The notes: generated by a model not told the origin, from the sequence alone. Numbered from the whole stretch's first letter, positions 13,345 through 26,411 are shown. The stretch is 63,990 bases of DNA, filler included, from Choristocarpus tenellus KU-1152 (GCA_964200185.2; 8 parts of 8 records of this genome joined end to end with filler, not necessarily neighbours in it); one strand, 5' to 3'. Translations and numbers: made by a program.

Positions 13345-13642
13345 CTGTGAAGGCAGGGGGGAAATATTTGCGGCAACAGTATCAACAAGCGAGAAGGATA
13401 TCGACACAGGAGTGGATGCTATAGTTAGGTAATAACAGCAAGGATGTTTTTGTATAAACAGTGATAGAGTATGTGATCAATAATGACGGGATCGGTAGGG
13501 AGTGCGAGGTTCGTGTCCATGCTTGGGCTATGCAAACGTGATATGAAAAGGGTGCAGCCCTGCTGTAGTCATGAGGACGGCATAGCGCTTTCCGTGGAGG
13601 CTGCTATTTGCGAACATGATGCGCCGATCAAGGTCACATGTC

Positions 13643-14253
13643 GGGAGGGCAACCATGCACAGGTTTGTGCTTGACATAGGTCAGACATTAACGATTGAAT
13701 TTGTTGTGTTCTATCAAACGGTAAAAGCCATCAATTTCCAAAGCGCGGCAAGACGATTGGGGTGTTTGTGTGTCGATTTGAAACAAGAATCCTGAGCAGG
13801 AAAGCATTAAGTTGACCCGCAAAAGTGAAAGGTGAAGACGAAAAGGATTAACGCGCCGACCCGGGTTAGATATTGGGAGGGCAACCATGCATAGGTTTGT
13901 GCTTGACATAGGGCAGACAGTAATGAATGAATTTGATGTGTTCTATCTAACGGTAAGAGTCAAAGTATCTTAGAGGGTAGGGCCGGGTCCATTCGGGGGC
14001 CGAAATCCAATGTTGCGATTTCCATGTAATTTTATCAGTCGTATTTGTTAGGAAGTGTCAGTATCCTTGTTCAGGACAAACCATTTCATAACAACATATA
14101 CATATTATCTACTCCGAAACATTTCGGAGAAGGAAAAATATCACAAAAACCTCATGGGAAGCCAAGCCTCAAATGGACAAACAGGGCAAAACCCGTACCC
14201 TGTAAGATACTTTCACTCGTAAAGGCCATCAATTTCCAAAGCGCGGCAAGACG
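13643..14253. repeat. ~113-bp direct repeat x2 (period ~232 bp); second copy split by a MITE
   Basis: gggagggcaaccatgca...ttccaaagcgcggcaagacg at 13643-13755 and at 13875-13956 + 14219-14253. Confidence 0.9.
13957..14218. mobile_element. Family A Sola2-like MITE, TSD GTAA
   Basis: TIRs gagtcaaagtatcttagagggta / taccctgtaagatactttcactc, GTAA on both sides, and an empty site at 13721-13724. Confidence 0.95.
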
Positions 14254-14804
14254 GTTGAGTGTTGGACCAGTTTGAAACGAATATGTCAATTTTGGAACGT
14301 ACTTCTAAGTACAACTTTGGAATGTTCTGTCGGTTGGTAGAAGCGATCAAATTCTAAGGTTATGTTACCGCGGTTTTTTGACTAAGATCCGCGGGCGTGA
14401 TGATACTATCGTTCGAGTTAAATCGAGATTGCATTGTGACGCGATATGAACCTTATTGGAAAGGTCCCAATCGTATCGGAGCCCTTACATGTGCGTATCG
14501 ATGGTGTCACCATGTCACACTCGACAGACGGATGTTGTGGTGCGTGTAATTGTATCGTGGAATCTTACTTCTATTTCGGATCAGTTGTCTGATTACTCCC
14601 AACATATGTGACTGCAACACATGTTCCAATTTTCGGAAAAAGGTTGGTTGAATTCGCTGTAATCAATTCTGATGATAGAGGCTGAATTGCAACTACGTCA
14701 ACATGTTCGATGTAAGGTGAAATCTGTCTCTTAGCGGATTGGCTTTAGTGTTCGAAATGTAGGTAATTTATGTTGGTTAGGGTTAGGGTTGGCATCATGG
14801 GTGT

Positions 14805-15168
14805 GAGTCGAAGTACCTTAGAGGGTAGAGCCACGTCCATTTGGTGACCGAATTCAAATGTTGCAATTTTGATGTAATTCTTGCTATCATTTTTGTTTGG
14901 AGATATCAATGTCGAGTCCAAGTATCTTAGAGGGTAGAGTCGTGTCCGTTTGGTGGTCAAAATCCCAGGTTGCGATTTTGATGTAACTTTGGCTATCGTT
15001 TTGTTAGCAAGTGTCAATATCCTTGTTCCGGACACACCTTTTCATACCATACATTTTACCTTCTCCGAGACATTTCGGGATAGGAAAATGTCATAAAAGA
15101 CCCGTGGGAGGCCGAGCCCCAAATGGACAAATAGGGCAAAACTCGTACCCTCTGAGATACTTCCACTC
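14805..15168. mobile_element. Family A MITE with duplicated left arm (second TIR at 14914)
   Basis: Two left TIRs (14805, 14914) and one right TIR; flanks gtgt/ctgt. Confidence 0.88.
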
Positions 15169-15685
15169 CTGTGTATCGTTTTTATATTTTTGTTTCTATG
15201 TACATGAGGTACATGTCTGAGGCACATTTGACAGTAGTTGTGTTCAAGCTTTCGGCGACATGATGTATCGTGGTGGTGATGGCGCTACAATGAGGGCAAT
15301 GTTCGAGGGGCACGTGTCTTAAAGGACACACAACGCGCTGCATTCATTCAAGCGTTGCAATTCTCGCAAAAAGGAGACAGTTGAAACGTTGTAAGATTAT
15401 TTTCAAAAAAAAGGAAAAAAAGAGAAAAAGTAAGTTTCAGAGTTGTTGCATTTTCACAAGACTGTGAAAAAAATCGAAAGAGAATTTTGTGTTGTTGGGA
15501 ACCCCTGGAAGCAGCACACCCCGGAATGGTTTAAACGCGATTTCGAAGATCGACAGGCGATGCCTATAAATATCAAAGGCCCAGCGAATGGTTCCTGGCA
15601 AACAGATTTAGCCAGTGCCCCTTCTTGCCGTGTCATTCAACAACCTGCGGATATCGCAGTAGCAAGATGTAAGGCCGTTCCTTTT

Positions 15686-15890
15686 GAGTCTCAGCAATTA
15701 TGAGGGTAGGGCCACGTCTGTTTGGGGTCATAAATCCAATGTTGCAATTTTGATGAATTTTGGCTATCGTGTTTGTTAGCAAGTGTCAAGACCCTTGTTC
15801 CGGACACACCTTTCATAGTCGCATGCATTTTAGGGTTAGGGTTAGTGTTTACACAGAAAACCGAAATAGGGCATAAAAAAAATGTCAAAA
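15686..15890. mobile_element. Truncated family A MITE containing TTAGGG repeats
   Basis: Degenerate left TIR and body, tttagggttagggttag near 15829-15845, no right TIR. Confidence 0.75.
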
Positions 15891-16525
15891 CTCCCCCTAA
15901 TCCTGTTAATATAATGGAATATTTTGTGAACTAGCAAAAATCCTTTCTCGATCAATACAACAACTTGAACTGTGAGATGGGTTTCGAACCATGTTAATTG
16001 CATGAGGCTCACCCAGAATATGCCTTTCTCCCAAGAGGTCAACGATAAGATGACCTTACAGCAAACGTTCGGCACTTGGTGCTTATGCAGTTGGGAGCAA
16101 AATTGTGTTGAAAAATGTTCATTGTCGGAGGTTTACGATTTCTCGGCATGACCATATTCTACTTTTTTCTCTGCTACAGTACTATTATATTTTTCTCTGA
16201 CACTCTCCTCACCTGCACGTCCTTCCGATTGATTGAAACTCCAAACATTCTTTGTTTCTTTTCCTCTTGACATTTTTCGATCTTCTAATACTACGTGAAC
16301 TACATCATGTGCTGAGAAGAGTTGGACAAGCAAGCCGTATTTCACTGGGTGATTCCTCTAAACCTATATATTGTGTCTTCTTTGGGAGTACTAATTGTAG
16401 TGCAGCCCCTCTGTTCCCAACTCCATTTGATTCAAGAAAGAAAACAATAACGGCTGTTATTATTTTTCTTGCCTGTGGTCACTGCAGTTCACGAGTGGAA
16501 GTGTTGACTTGGTGGAATTCCTGCA

Positions 16526-19500
16526 GATCCCAACTCAACCCCCACGTAGCAGTGGAACAGATGAGGCTTGCACCTCTGGGGCTGGTGGAGGGGTCCAGAG
16601 ATGTGGCAAATACGAGGGCCCAGGAAGCGAGACAAGCACCGACATAAGTGGTTTCTGCAGAGGAGGAAGTGGGGGTGGTGTGTGTGGGGGTTTCAGCCAG
16701 CTGACGGTACAGATTGATAGCGTTTCAGTGACAAGGATCCAAGAGAAGGGCCTGGGAGGAGCAACTGTCAGGGTGTCTACAGCTGTTTTCTGTGACCAGG
16801 TTTGTGGATGAAGTTAATCAGGGGTGGGGAGGCTCTTGCCCTCATTTTCCGTCTTATCACTTCCTCTTGTTGCTGCTAATATTTGTGCATTCACCACGCT
16901 GCTGGTACCATTCTCATTATTCAAGGCACCCCAAAGCTTGAACACTACTGCTTTCCACCTTACTCTGTACATCGCTAGCGCTGCTCCCCCAAAAGCCCCA
17001 TCGATACGTTTCCTGGCAGGTGTTGGGCAAGGAGACAGTTGGACTAGACACATTCAACCACGAGATAGTGCACATCAACGGATTCTCCCTAGCTCAGACC
17101 AGGAGGATTGACAACCTTCGTGCAGATACAGAGAATGATGTGACACATGATGCCCACGGTGAGAATCCAATGGCAAGCACCAGGCCCGGTGCTGAGGACA
17201 AGGCATCGACAATGACCTCAGATGATATCAACCCTGGTGCCGCATCCTCAGAGATGTTGAGGGGTGGGACTCGAGATTCCCAGGATGGAGTTCAATGCGA
17301 AAAATGGGAAGGGGAGGTATTGAGAGGCATTCGTTGGGAAAACGTTTCCTTGGAGAGGGTTGAGATGTGGTGGTCAGGGTCTGCACATCTGAGGTGACCC
17401 ACCTAGCATTAAGAGCTGAAATTGTGACGGCAGCAAATGTGCTGGGGCTTTTCACTGTCCTATCAATGGAGGTTAATCGTGCTATACATTTTTTCGTACG
17501 TGCTTCTCTCTCTCTCTTTCTTTCTGAGCGCCTTTCAACAACCATCCCCTAGTGTGTCTGCGTTTATGTGTGCAGGACGTGAGGGAAAATATCTTAGAGG
17601 GTACGATTTTTGTCCTGTTTGTCCATTTGGGGCTTCGCTTCCCTCGCGGTTTAATGACATTTTCCTTCTCCAAAAATATTTCGGAGTAGGTAAAATGTAT
17701 AAGTTAAAAAAGGTGTCTGGAACAAGGATATTGACACTTCCTAACAAACACGATAGCCAAAATTACATCGAAATCGCAACATTGAATATTAGCCCCCAAA
17801 TGGACACTTCTATACCCTCTAAGTTTCGTTGGCTCACGTCAAATATGCCCACTGTGTTGTCTCCCTCTTGAACGTTGGGATTAATAAAAGAGATAGGAGA
17901 TTCGTTCCAAGAGCAACTGGTTTTGTTGCTCCTATCTTAAAAACAACATTAATTCCCGGCAATGCTGCCTGCAGTATCCCAGGGAACATAAAGGAGGGGC
18001 CTAGTTTGACACTACATCACCCCAACCCTTGAATCAAGGGCCTTCTAAAATACACTCCTCTCTGATGGTCTACAATTAAACTGTTGCATAATGACTAGTT
18101 TCATTACCCTGCACGTGCCATGAATGTTTCTCAGACCCCAAGGTTGACTAGGAACATACACTGATAGACTACCACTGAGCTATGAGGACACCCACTCACA
18201 ATATTTGGAAGAGAGGGTCACATATTACCTTTCTTATTTGGATATTCTTTTGAAGTCGGGGCTTACATTGAAGATATGGAGCCCCAGTCGACCTATGACT
18301 GAAGTAACCCTGGAATTTCTTTTCTTTTTTTTTTGCAAAAACCACGTGTTGCTACAGACCGTATGAGAAGTAAATGCACCAAGCAGCTAAATGACTAGAC
18401 CATTTTCCATATGGTAGTGAGCACTAAACTGCTTGTCTTACTCCATTTCACACCAACCGAAATAAATTTTACAACATTCTCATCGGGCAATTGAGGCACT
18501 TAGTATTTTTTCTTTCCTCAGCAAAATGAAATAGTATGAAAGCTCAAATCAGAAGGATCATTGGGATCAGCACAACTTATCTGTATGTAACTTCCCCCTC
18601 AAATCCCTCTGCTCACTTGCCTTCTTCCCTCACACTTCCCACAGCTAATGCCCACCTGAAACCCACACTTTCCCCACAACACACCGAACCAAAGACTGAT
18701 AGATCTATCAAGGCGACTAACAGGCACAACTGAATACATCCTGGGCCTGGAAGCCTCTTCCTTGGATTGTATTGCATTGAGGAACTTTATGATTGGCGAT
18801 GCCACCTTGCATTGCTCTCTTTCCAACATTTACGAAGGACCAACAGCTGCTGAAGTCCCCAAGGGTTCTTCCTCACCCTCTCCCACTTCCTTCTTACATT
18901 CCTCCGCTGCCAAGACGACGAAAAAGGTTGCCTGTAATGACACAGATGGCGAAACGTTCAGTGCTCTTGATCATTGGTGCTCCCACAGAATAGATATCCA
19001 CATGTCTCAAGCTAAGGTTTTTGCCAATCGAGGGGGTAATCAGGCGATTCTTGGAACTCACAACAGTGATGATGCGGCCCTAAATCTAGGGACACAAGTC
19101 TGGGGCAACGGAAAAGACAGACAAGTGGTGTTTTCGTCACATCTACTAGAGATCCTCATACCCTCTCCTGACCTCACAAGTAATGGGGAGGGTGCAATGA
19201 GTGGGGTTGTGGGCGGAGCTAAGGACCCCACAGGTATATTTTCTTGTGAAGAAGGTATCAGGCGAAAGACTTGGCATTCTCCCAACTCTAGACGATCAGC
19301 AGTTAAGGTTGGCGAAGTATCAGGTGAGAGCCTTAACAATGATTTCCATACCCGGGGAGTGAAGGGAGTGGCACAATTGATGCCAATGACAAAGATCCTT
19401 GTGGCAGACTCCCTAAAATACTCTAGAACTCTAAAGTGGGAAGAGAGGGAGGCTGAGAAAGGACTTGAGGAGAGGGATGCGAGAAAAAGAGGTAAGATGA

Positions 19501-21337
19501 GAGGGTCTGTATTATTTGAGGAGGACCAGGACACCTTAGAGGAGGCGGGTGGGGGCAAGAAGGACATGGACAAAGATAAATCAAGCGTAGCACGAGGGGT
19601 CAGTGAGGAGTGCAAGGCACACCAGGGAGGGATTAGGGTTGTACCTGGGCAGCAAGTACCAGAAGGAGAGGAGGGGGGCAAGGCATTCGCTCAGGTGGTT
19701 GTGGGTGAGGTTGAGCGTCAAATGCTGCCAAGTATTCACGAAGCTCTGCCAGCTCTGGATTCTGTTCAACTACCAAAATCACCCCCAAACCCTATATCGT
19801 CAATCAATGACAGCATTACAGTGGTAGAGGGACCAAAGCGGGCGCAGAGTCGGGACCAGGGTTCAAATGCGCTGGTTTCAACACCATTGGCACAAAGCAA
19901 GGAAGACATCCAACTTGGGGCAGATGCCGTAGGAATCACTATTCCCCGCTGGGCACAGCTGGGGAACCTCCAGCGAGCAGGCCTTTTACAATGGCAGGGG
20001 ATCATGACCTGGCTTGGTAAGCACGATCAGGCAGGGGCAGGGGCAAGGTAGAGGGAAGGGGAACTCTGCTCTGATGATATAAATTTGTAGGCAGTGATTC
20101 TAGCCACCCCTTGCAATAGATATATTCTGAAGTAACTCAAAGACATATCCTTCTTCTGAGAAAGCTTCTAGCTAAATCCTACTCCTGAGCTTGTATCTAT
20201 CCCCTGATTCAACATGTTGCTGTGCTCCAATTTCACACCTACTGATTTCACCTATTTATTTCCTCCAGTCCTCCTATCTATTCTCCTCATGTCATCTCAA
20301 AAATATTTCTCCTATACCCCCCAAATCAAATAATGTCAATGCAGGAGAGTGTGAGACCCCCCAGGTGGCCGACTTTTGTTCCACAGGGGTAGAATTAGGT
20401 CAAGTCACTCTGCTGCTGAAAGACAAAGCTATTCACTCTACACCTGGGATCCACCCACCAGCTGCTCCTCACTCAGCCTCCCAACACCTTGAGACGACTG
20501 GCACAGGAGAAGGCCCCTGCCAGGTCAATTCAAAGTATTTTAGTACCAACCCTTCGAACAGAATTCCCTCAGTTGGTAGGGATAGATACGCATCTTTCAG
20601 TCAACTCAACATTGACGGTGAAAGTTCAATGGTTGGATCAAGAACATCAGAGAAGAAGAGCCACCATCGAGGGTCTATGAGGGGTTTCCTACGCAAACAA
20701 AGCACCTCTATCGCCCCAGCCCTTTTCCCTGCAGTCAAACCTACACTTCTGCGGCAAAGATCCGTACCAGTTCCATTGCATCAAGGACACAGCGCTGATA
20801 ATATTCACAAGCTGGCAGACACTTCGTCTTCAGAACCGTTAAATCCCACAAAATCATGCACTGAGATGAGAGATGTGACTAAAAGCACGGAGGAAGGGCA
20901 TTATTCGGAAGGGTTAGATGGTTCCACTTTTGAAAATATGATTCCGGAGAGGCCAGGAGAGCTAGGCGTGCGTCATTCATCACTGCTGCAGCCTCAACTG
21001 GAAACGTTCAAGATGTACACTTGTGAAACGAATCTTAGTGTACAGAGTGGAAGAGGACCCAGACAAGAAGGTGCGATACACTTCCTTGGCTCAGGGGACG
21101 CGTTTTCTGGTGCTGATGAAGGTCTTCCTCTTGGCAGGAGGAAAGCGGAAGAGCGAGGGGGAGAGGAGAATAAACGGTGCAGTGACAGAGATAAGAAACA
21201 GGAGAGACAGAATGAGAATGGTAATGGTGAGAATGGGCAGCAGAGAGCTTGGCGGAGAGGTTGGGGTGCGGATAAAGAAGAAGGGCAGGTGGAGGGGACA
21301 GTGGCAGCCTTAGCCCTGGGCAGGACAGTCTTTCAGG
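16526..21337 (+). CDS. Large multi-exon protein of unknown function (mostly low-complexity; ends undefined)
   Basis: Open exons bounded by AG/GT: 16526-16799, 17020-17393, 18168-18303, ~18838-20048 and 20345-21337. The first three join in frame; ORFs of 429 and 407 aa. The phase between 18303 and 18838 needs a further exon. Confidence 0.6.
17581..17835. mobile_element. Family A MITE (reverse orientation), TSD ACGT, intronic
   Basis: acgt|gagggaaaatatcttagagggta ... taccctctaagtttcgttggctc|acgt. Confidence 0.92.
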
Positions 21338-21932
21338 TGATATTTGATTGTGTACTTTCTCCCTCTTCTAGAAGGTGGAACGGGAACAGAGTTGACGGAA
21401 TGCTGCTGTCTTGAGGATGTTGTCCTGTCAGTGGGTTCAAAAGAACTTGAGTAAGGTTCTGTGATGCCCTCCCATTATGTATGGATTGCGCAGCAGGTGT
21501 ACTTGTAGTTGTTGAGCGGTTGGCTGGGTGAGCAGGGAAAGAGGTTAGCAGGAATTGTATTATGAGTCTGCCTTGTATCAGCAGTATGTTCTCTATTTTT
21601 TCGCAATTAAAATGCCCAGTATGCTCCGTGTAAACTCTGCTTATTGTAACCTGGGTATATTTTGGAGTTCTCCCATGCACACTCTCCTATGCAATGAAGA
21701 ATATATTACTGTAGACTTCTACCTTCCTGTTGTAAACTGTAGCCTTTTGTCTTCCAAGCTCATGCTGAGAAAATTCTGTCCAACATTGCTTGTTAACCCC
21801 ACAGTGGCGGTTTGGAATCCACAATATCTTCCTATGTTGGGCATATACACCAATGTTTCCATCCTCTTTTTCTACCTCCCTCATTTCTGCACGAGTTGGT
21901 AGTTACCTTGTTATGTTTCAATGCAACCAACA

Positions 21933-22197
21933 GAGCCAAAGTATCTTAGAGTGTAGGTTCGCGTCCATTTGGAGGTCAAAATCCAATATTGTGATTTTGA
22001 TGTAATGTTGGCTATTGTGTTTGTTAGGAAGTGTCAATATCCTTGTTCCGGACACACCTTTCCAAAGCGGATATATATATACTTTACCTACTCTGAAACA
22101 CTTTGGAGTAGGAAAATATCATTAAATAAAACATAGGAAGCCGAGTCACAAATTGACAAGCAGGGCAAAACTCGTACCCTCTAAGATACTTTCACTC
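21933..22197. mobile_element. Family A MITE, TSD AACA
   Basis: aaca|gagccaaagtatcttagag ... ctctaagatactttcactc|aaca. Confidence 0.95.
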
Positions 22198-22440
22198 AAC
22201 AGCCCTGTCTTGTTGGGATGAACTCTATCTTTGATTCTGTATTTTCTGCACCATATTCCCACAGTGGATTAGAAGGAAAGGTGTGTGTGTGAGACAATGT
22301 AGTAGGATCTTGTTGCTCATCCATAGTTCTTGTATCCGATCAGACCATTTCACCCTTTTCATAGGAAGGGTACGTTCTGTTTTTCACTATTGTATACATT
22401 ACTGTTCTGTACCTCCCCTATATACTCAGATTCAAACATG

Positions 22441-22503
22441 GACCCAAAGTATCTGAGGGAGGGGGGGGGGGGGGGGGAGAAATGACAACCGTGTGGGGAG
22501 AAA
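22441..22503. mobile_element. Left end of family B MITE (cut by gap)
   Basis: gacccaaagtatctgaggg followed by poly-G. Confidence 0.7.
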
Positions 22504-22603
22504 NNNNNNNNNNNNNNNNNNNNNNNNNNNNNNNNNNNNNNNNNNNNTTAATTAATTAANNNNNNNNNNNNNNNNNNNNNNNNNNNNNNNNNNNNNNNNN
22601 NNN

Positions 22604-23008
22604 CATGTTCCGGACACACCTTTTGATAACGTATACATTTTGAGTCAAAGTACCTTAGAGGGTAGAGCCGCGTCCGTTTGGGGGTCAAAATCCAATGTTG
22701 CAATTTTAATGTAATTTTGGCTATCGTGTTTGTTAGGAGATGTCAATACCCTTGTTCCAGACACACGTTTTCATATCGTATACATCTTACCTACTCCAAA
22801 ACATTTGGAGTTGGTAAAATGTCATACAAAACCCGTGGGAAGTCAAGCCCTAAATGGACAAATAGGGAAAAACTCGTACCCTCTAAGATACTTTCACTCT
22901 TTTACCTACCCCCAAACATTTTGGAGTAGGTAAATGTCAAAGCATGGGAAGCCAAGCCCCATATGGACAAGCAGGGAAAAACTCGTTCCCTCTAAGACAC
23001 TTTTATTC
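22604..23008. mobile_element. Nested family A MITEs: complete copy 22642-22899 (TSD TTTT) inside an older copy
   Basis: Outer copy reads ...gtatacatttt|inner|ttttacctac..., which restores the consensus body when the inner copy is removed. Confidence 0.92.
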
Positions 23009-23591
23009 AGAAGCCGATAGCTCTTATTCCTTTTGAACACTCTTGTTATATGAACGACTACTGCTGGGTACAGTATGACAGATGACTGCCTGTATAGGAG
23101 CAAGGGTCTTCTCTTGTTTCCTCAAACTTGAAAATACGAGATAAAGTTGTCACACATCTCATTTGGCTTACATGTCTTGTGCTTGACAGTTAAACCATAA
23201 GCTTGAAGTGTAGTAGCCCAACGAGTAAGCGTGCTATTTGGTATCCTGCATCCTATACATGTAACACAATGCAACTTGATCTGTAATGCAGGTAAAGTAT
23301 CTTCCTCAGATATATGAACACTAACGAGTGATAGTGGCAATGGCCGCATGACCCTCTCTCAATGTAGCTGAAGAGCGGTGTTGAGCTTCATTGAATTTCT
23401 TGCCTAAGTAGGCAATGATACCTAGGTCATTTGGATTATCAAGTTAGGGTTATGGTAAAAAAAACAGCACCATACTCCTGTCATCACCGTGGATGACAAA
23501 ATCTTCGGTAAGGTCAGGAAATATGAGAACCAGGGCTGCAGTGAGTAATTATTTCACTTTGCAAAATGCCACATCCTGATCGATTCCCCAG

Positions 23592-23846
23592 GAGTCAAAG
23601 TATCTTAGAGGGTAGGGCCGCGTCCATTTGGGGTCCAAAATCCAATGTTGCGATTTTGATGTAATTTTGGCTATCGTGTTTGTTAGTGTCAATATCCTTG
23701 TTCTGGACACACCTTTTCATAACGTATGCACTTTTCCTACTCCCAAACATTTTGGAGTAGGAAGATGCCATAAAAAAACCCATGGGAAGCCAAGCCCCAA
23801 ATGGACAAACAGGGCAAAACTCGTACCATCTAAGATACTTTCACTC
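23592..23846. mobile_element. Family A MITE
   Basis: Both TIRs intact; flanks ccag/acag (3 of 4 match). Confidence 0.93.
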
Positions 23847-24243
23847 ACAGTTACCTCATAACGCAGCTTTCAGTGCAATGTTGTACGAAACCCCATTTCC
23901 CTTCTGTTTGGAATACAAGCTTGCAAACCCGTAGACATTATCCTTGTTCATCATACAAATATGCTCCCTATGTTCCATATGTCTGGCCGTTATAGCTTCA
24001 GGATGAACTCCGATTACAAAATGGACCTTTGCCTTGGATTCCTTGGAATATTTTGTATTAAAGAACGATGTCTCGCCTTTATTCGACACTGTCAACCCAC
24101 CAATCTAGGGCTGCCGCGGAGGCTGCTCGATCTACTATTCTTTAGCGGTGTTCTTACTGACACCTTTCTTCGTAAGATATACTAACAGTTCAATGACTGC
24201 TACTATCTTGGGTATAAAGTTTCGAACAAAACTAACCATTTAC

Positions 24244-25640
24244 TCAAGACAGATCGAAGTTCTTTGATATTGGTAGATTTAAGAAATTCAGTGATGGCGC
24301 GAATCCATTCTTCACCGATATGAATCCCTTCAGACGATAAAATGTGACCCAAAACACATATTTCACCACATCCATCAGGGCATTTGGGTGGAGCTTGCCT
24401 GCCTTCTCAGCCTTTTCTTTGCTCAGATGGGGAATTTTGAAGATTCTGTCACCCTTGGACCCCAGGATTTCACCGTAGACATCGAAGAGGCTCCGCCAAA
24501 TGCGCTCTAGCATCTCTTGGGGGTACACTTTGAACGCCTCCATTGTGGCCTCCACCAGGTCCTCTGTGTTGGTCACCTCAATGTCTTCCTTCAGTTGCTG
24601 GATGGAAGGAAAGAATTCCAGGTCATTTAAGTTGAGGTCAGGTGAGTTGGTTGCCTGGGACACTATGACAATGTTATTCCCCACCGCCTCCTCGATTGCC
24701 GCCATGATCCCCCACTTGGTGAGTGAGTTTGACCCGTCATGCTGCACAAAGATGGTGTATCCTTCCGGCCTAGGCATGCGGGCCTTGATTAACGGGATGG
24801 CATCCTCAATCATGAGCTTCCTATATCTCTACCCGTCTACCATGGATAGCACAAGCACCTTGGTGCCCTTGGGGCATGTTTACTAGAGCACTGAGCGACC
24901 TTAGTGTCCACGATTAACCAGATCCCGATTTTCCCATCGAAGCAACCCCATTGGAGAGCTTCCTAGGGCAGGCCACAGCTGCAAGGATCATCACTTTTGT
25001 ACTGTAACATATACTCTGTGCCCGTGGAGGTTTGGGGGCATCCTCTGTGGGGTGCAGGTACACACTTTGTCCATCTTTGAAGATGTAAAACCGCTTCTTG
25101 TCCACATGCACCCAGTCATATAGATATAGATCATCCACTAATACCCCACTTTCCCCCCCTTGTGCATGTGAAGGGTGACGAAACCCACTCTGTTAACTTT
25201 CGGCTAGTCTAAGAGGACTGGCTTAACCCACCGCTTGACCTTCATTTTCTTGTGCTTGCACAGATCCCACAACGAGGCAAGGGAGACCCCAGCTTTGGCC
25301 GCTCATTTGTGGAAGAATGTACAGTGTAACGATGGGACATCCAAATGCCGAGGATAGTTGTGCGGCAGCCACATTACCCCTTGCAACATTGTGCAAGGTC
25401 GATGCATTCACCCCATGCGATCTGGCTGCCATAGTCCTTCAGATGACGGAACACAGTGATTCGGTAAATTCCTAAGTCCTCCATGATGGCTGCCACCGTC
25501 CCCGAGGCATCCAATTCTTGAACGACAGGGACCTTCATCCTAGGCATCCCAATAAACACCCACTTTGACAGTTTCACTAGGTTTTTGAACGCCATCAAAT
25601 GTGACTTGGTCGACTTTATACAGGTGATCTTCCACAATAC
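24244..25640 (-). mobile_element. Tc1/mariner (plant/oomycete type) transposase pseudogene
   Basis: WVHVDKKRFY...TKVMILAAVACPR, IFVQHDG, QATNSPDLNLNDLEFF...FKIPH. 37 residues lie between D2 and D3 in this copy. Frameshifted, with an N-terminal HTH-like part. Confidence 0.9.
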
Positions 25641-26411
25641 TCACTATCTCAAACTTTGCCCACCATTCTCGTCCAGTCTGTTTATTATGTGGGTCGTTTA
25701 TAGGTGAGAATGGAGTTATGTTTCATTTAATTCCAAACGGAGAAAATAGCTGACATCTTGCTCCACACCCTCAATCTGAAGTATCTTGTGTCACCAATAT
25801 GAAACGATACTGTGGTGGTGTGGTTAAGCTCAGGCAAGGATGATGAAGAGAATATCAAGGCAAGACAAACCAGACTGTAACCTAAAAAATGAGGTTTGGA
25901 TTGGACACTAGGATGAGAGGAAGGGTGAGTACGATCACAGTTCAGATGGAGTCCTGAAAAGGAACCCCTCGGTGATAGGAGGGAAGGTAGGCTCTTGAAG
26001 AGACGTCACAGGAAGTCACTGAAACCTATCCTTCTGAAGATCGTCCACATTTGGAGGAAGTTCTCAGAAATGAACTTCGTTGGTATTATGGTATACGGGT
26101 ATAGCAGCAATAAACGCTGTGATAGCCATCTACCCTGCTTTCTACATAACCCAATAAAATGTAAAATCTCTACCCCTAGAGTTCTGGACACTCCACACCA
26201 ACTCCAGACTCTCCGCAATTGGGGAGAAGTGTCGCCCGGTCGCCTGTGGGTCTTTTTTCAGGAGGGCATGTGCTTCAGCTTTCTGCACAGACTGGCGACC
26301 CTACCTAGAGGAATTTTTCGGGGGAGTAGGACAATTTGTTGTCAGGGTTCCAAATGGAATAGAACGTGCACTCCTGGATATTCGCCCAAGGAATGAGTGC
26401 GGAGAAAGGCT

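Noticed and set aside
13643-14253. Direct repeats with a spacer as a CRISPR-like array
   Set aside because: Only two units, each over 100 bp; eukaryotic context and no cas-like ORF.
14045-14275. Recurring short ORFs (e.g. KPSPKWTNRAK, NGQTGQNSYPLRYFH) as a small-protein family
   Set aside because: They are translations of the non-coding MITE in varying frames.
19058-19681. 207-aa minus-strand ORF
   Set aside because: Antisense shadow of the 18762-20051 exon.
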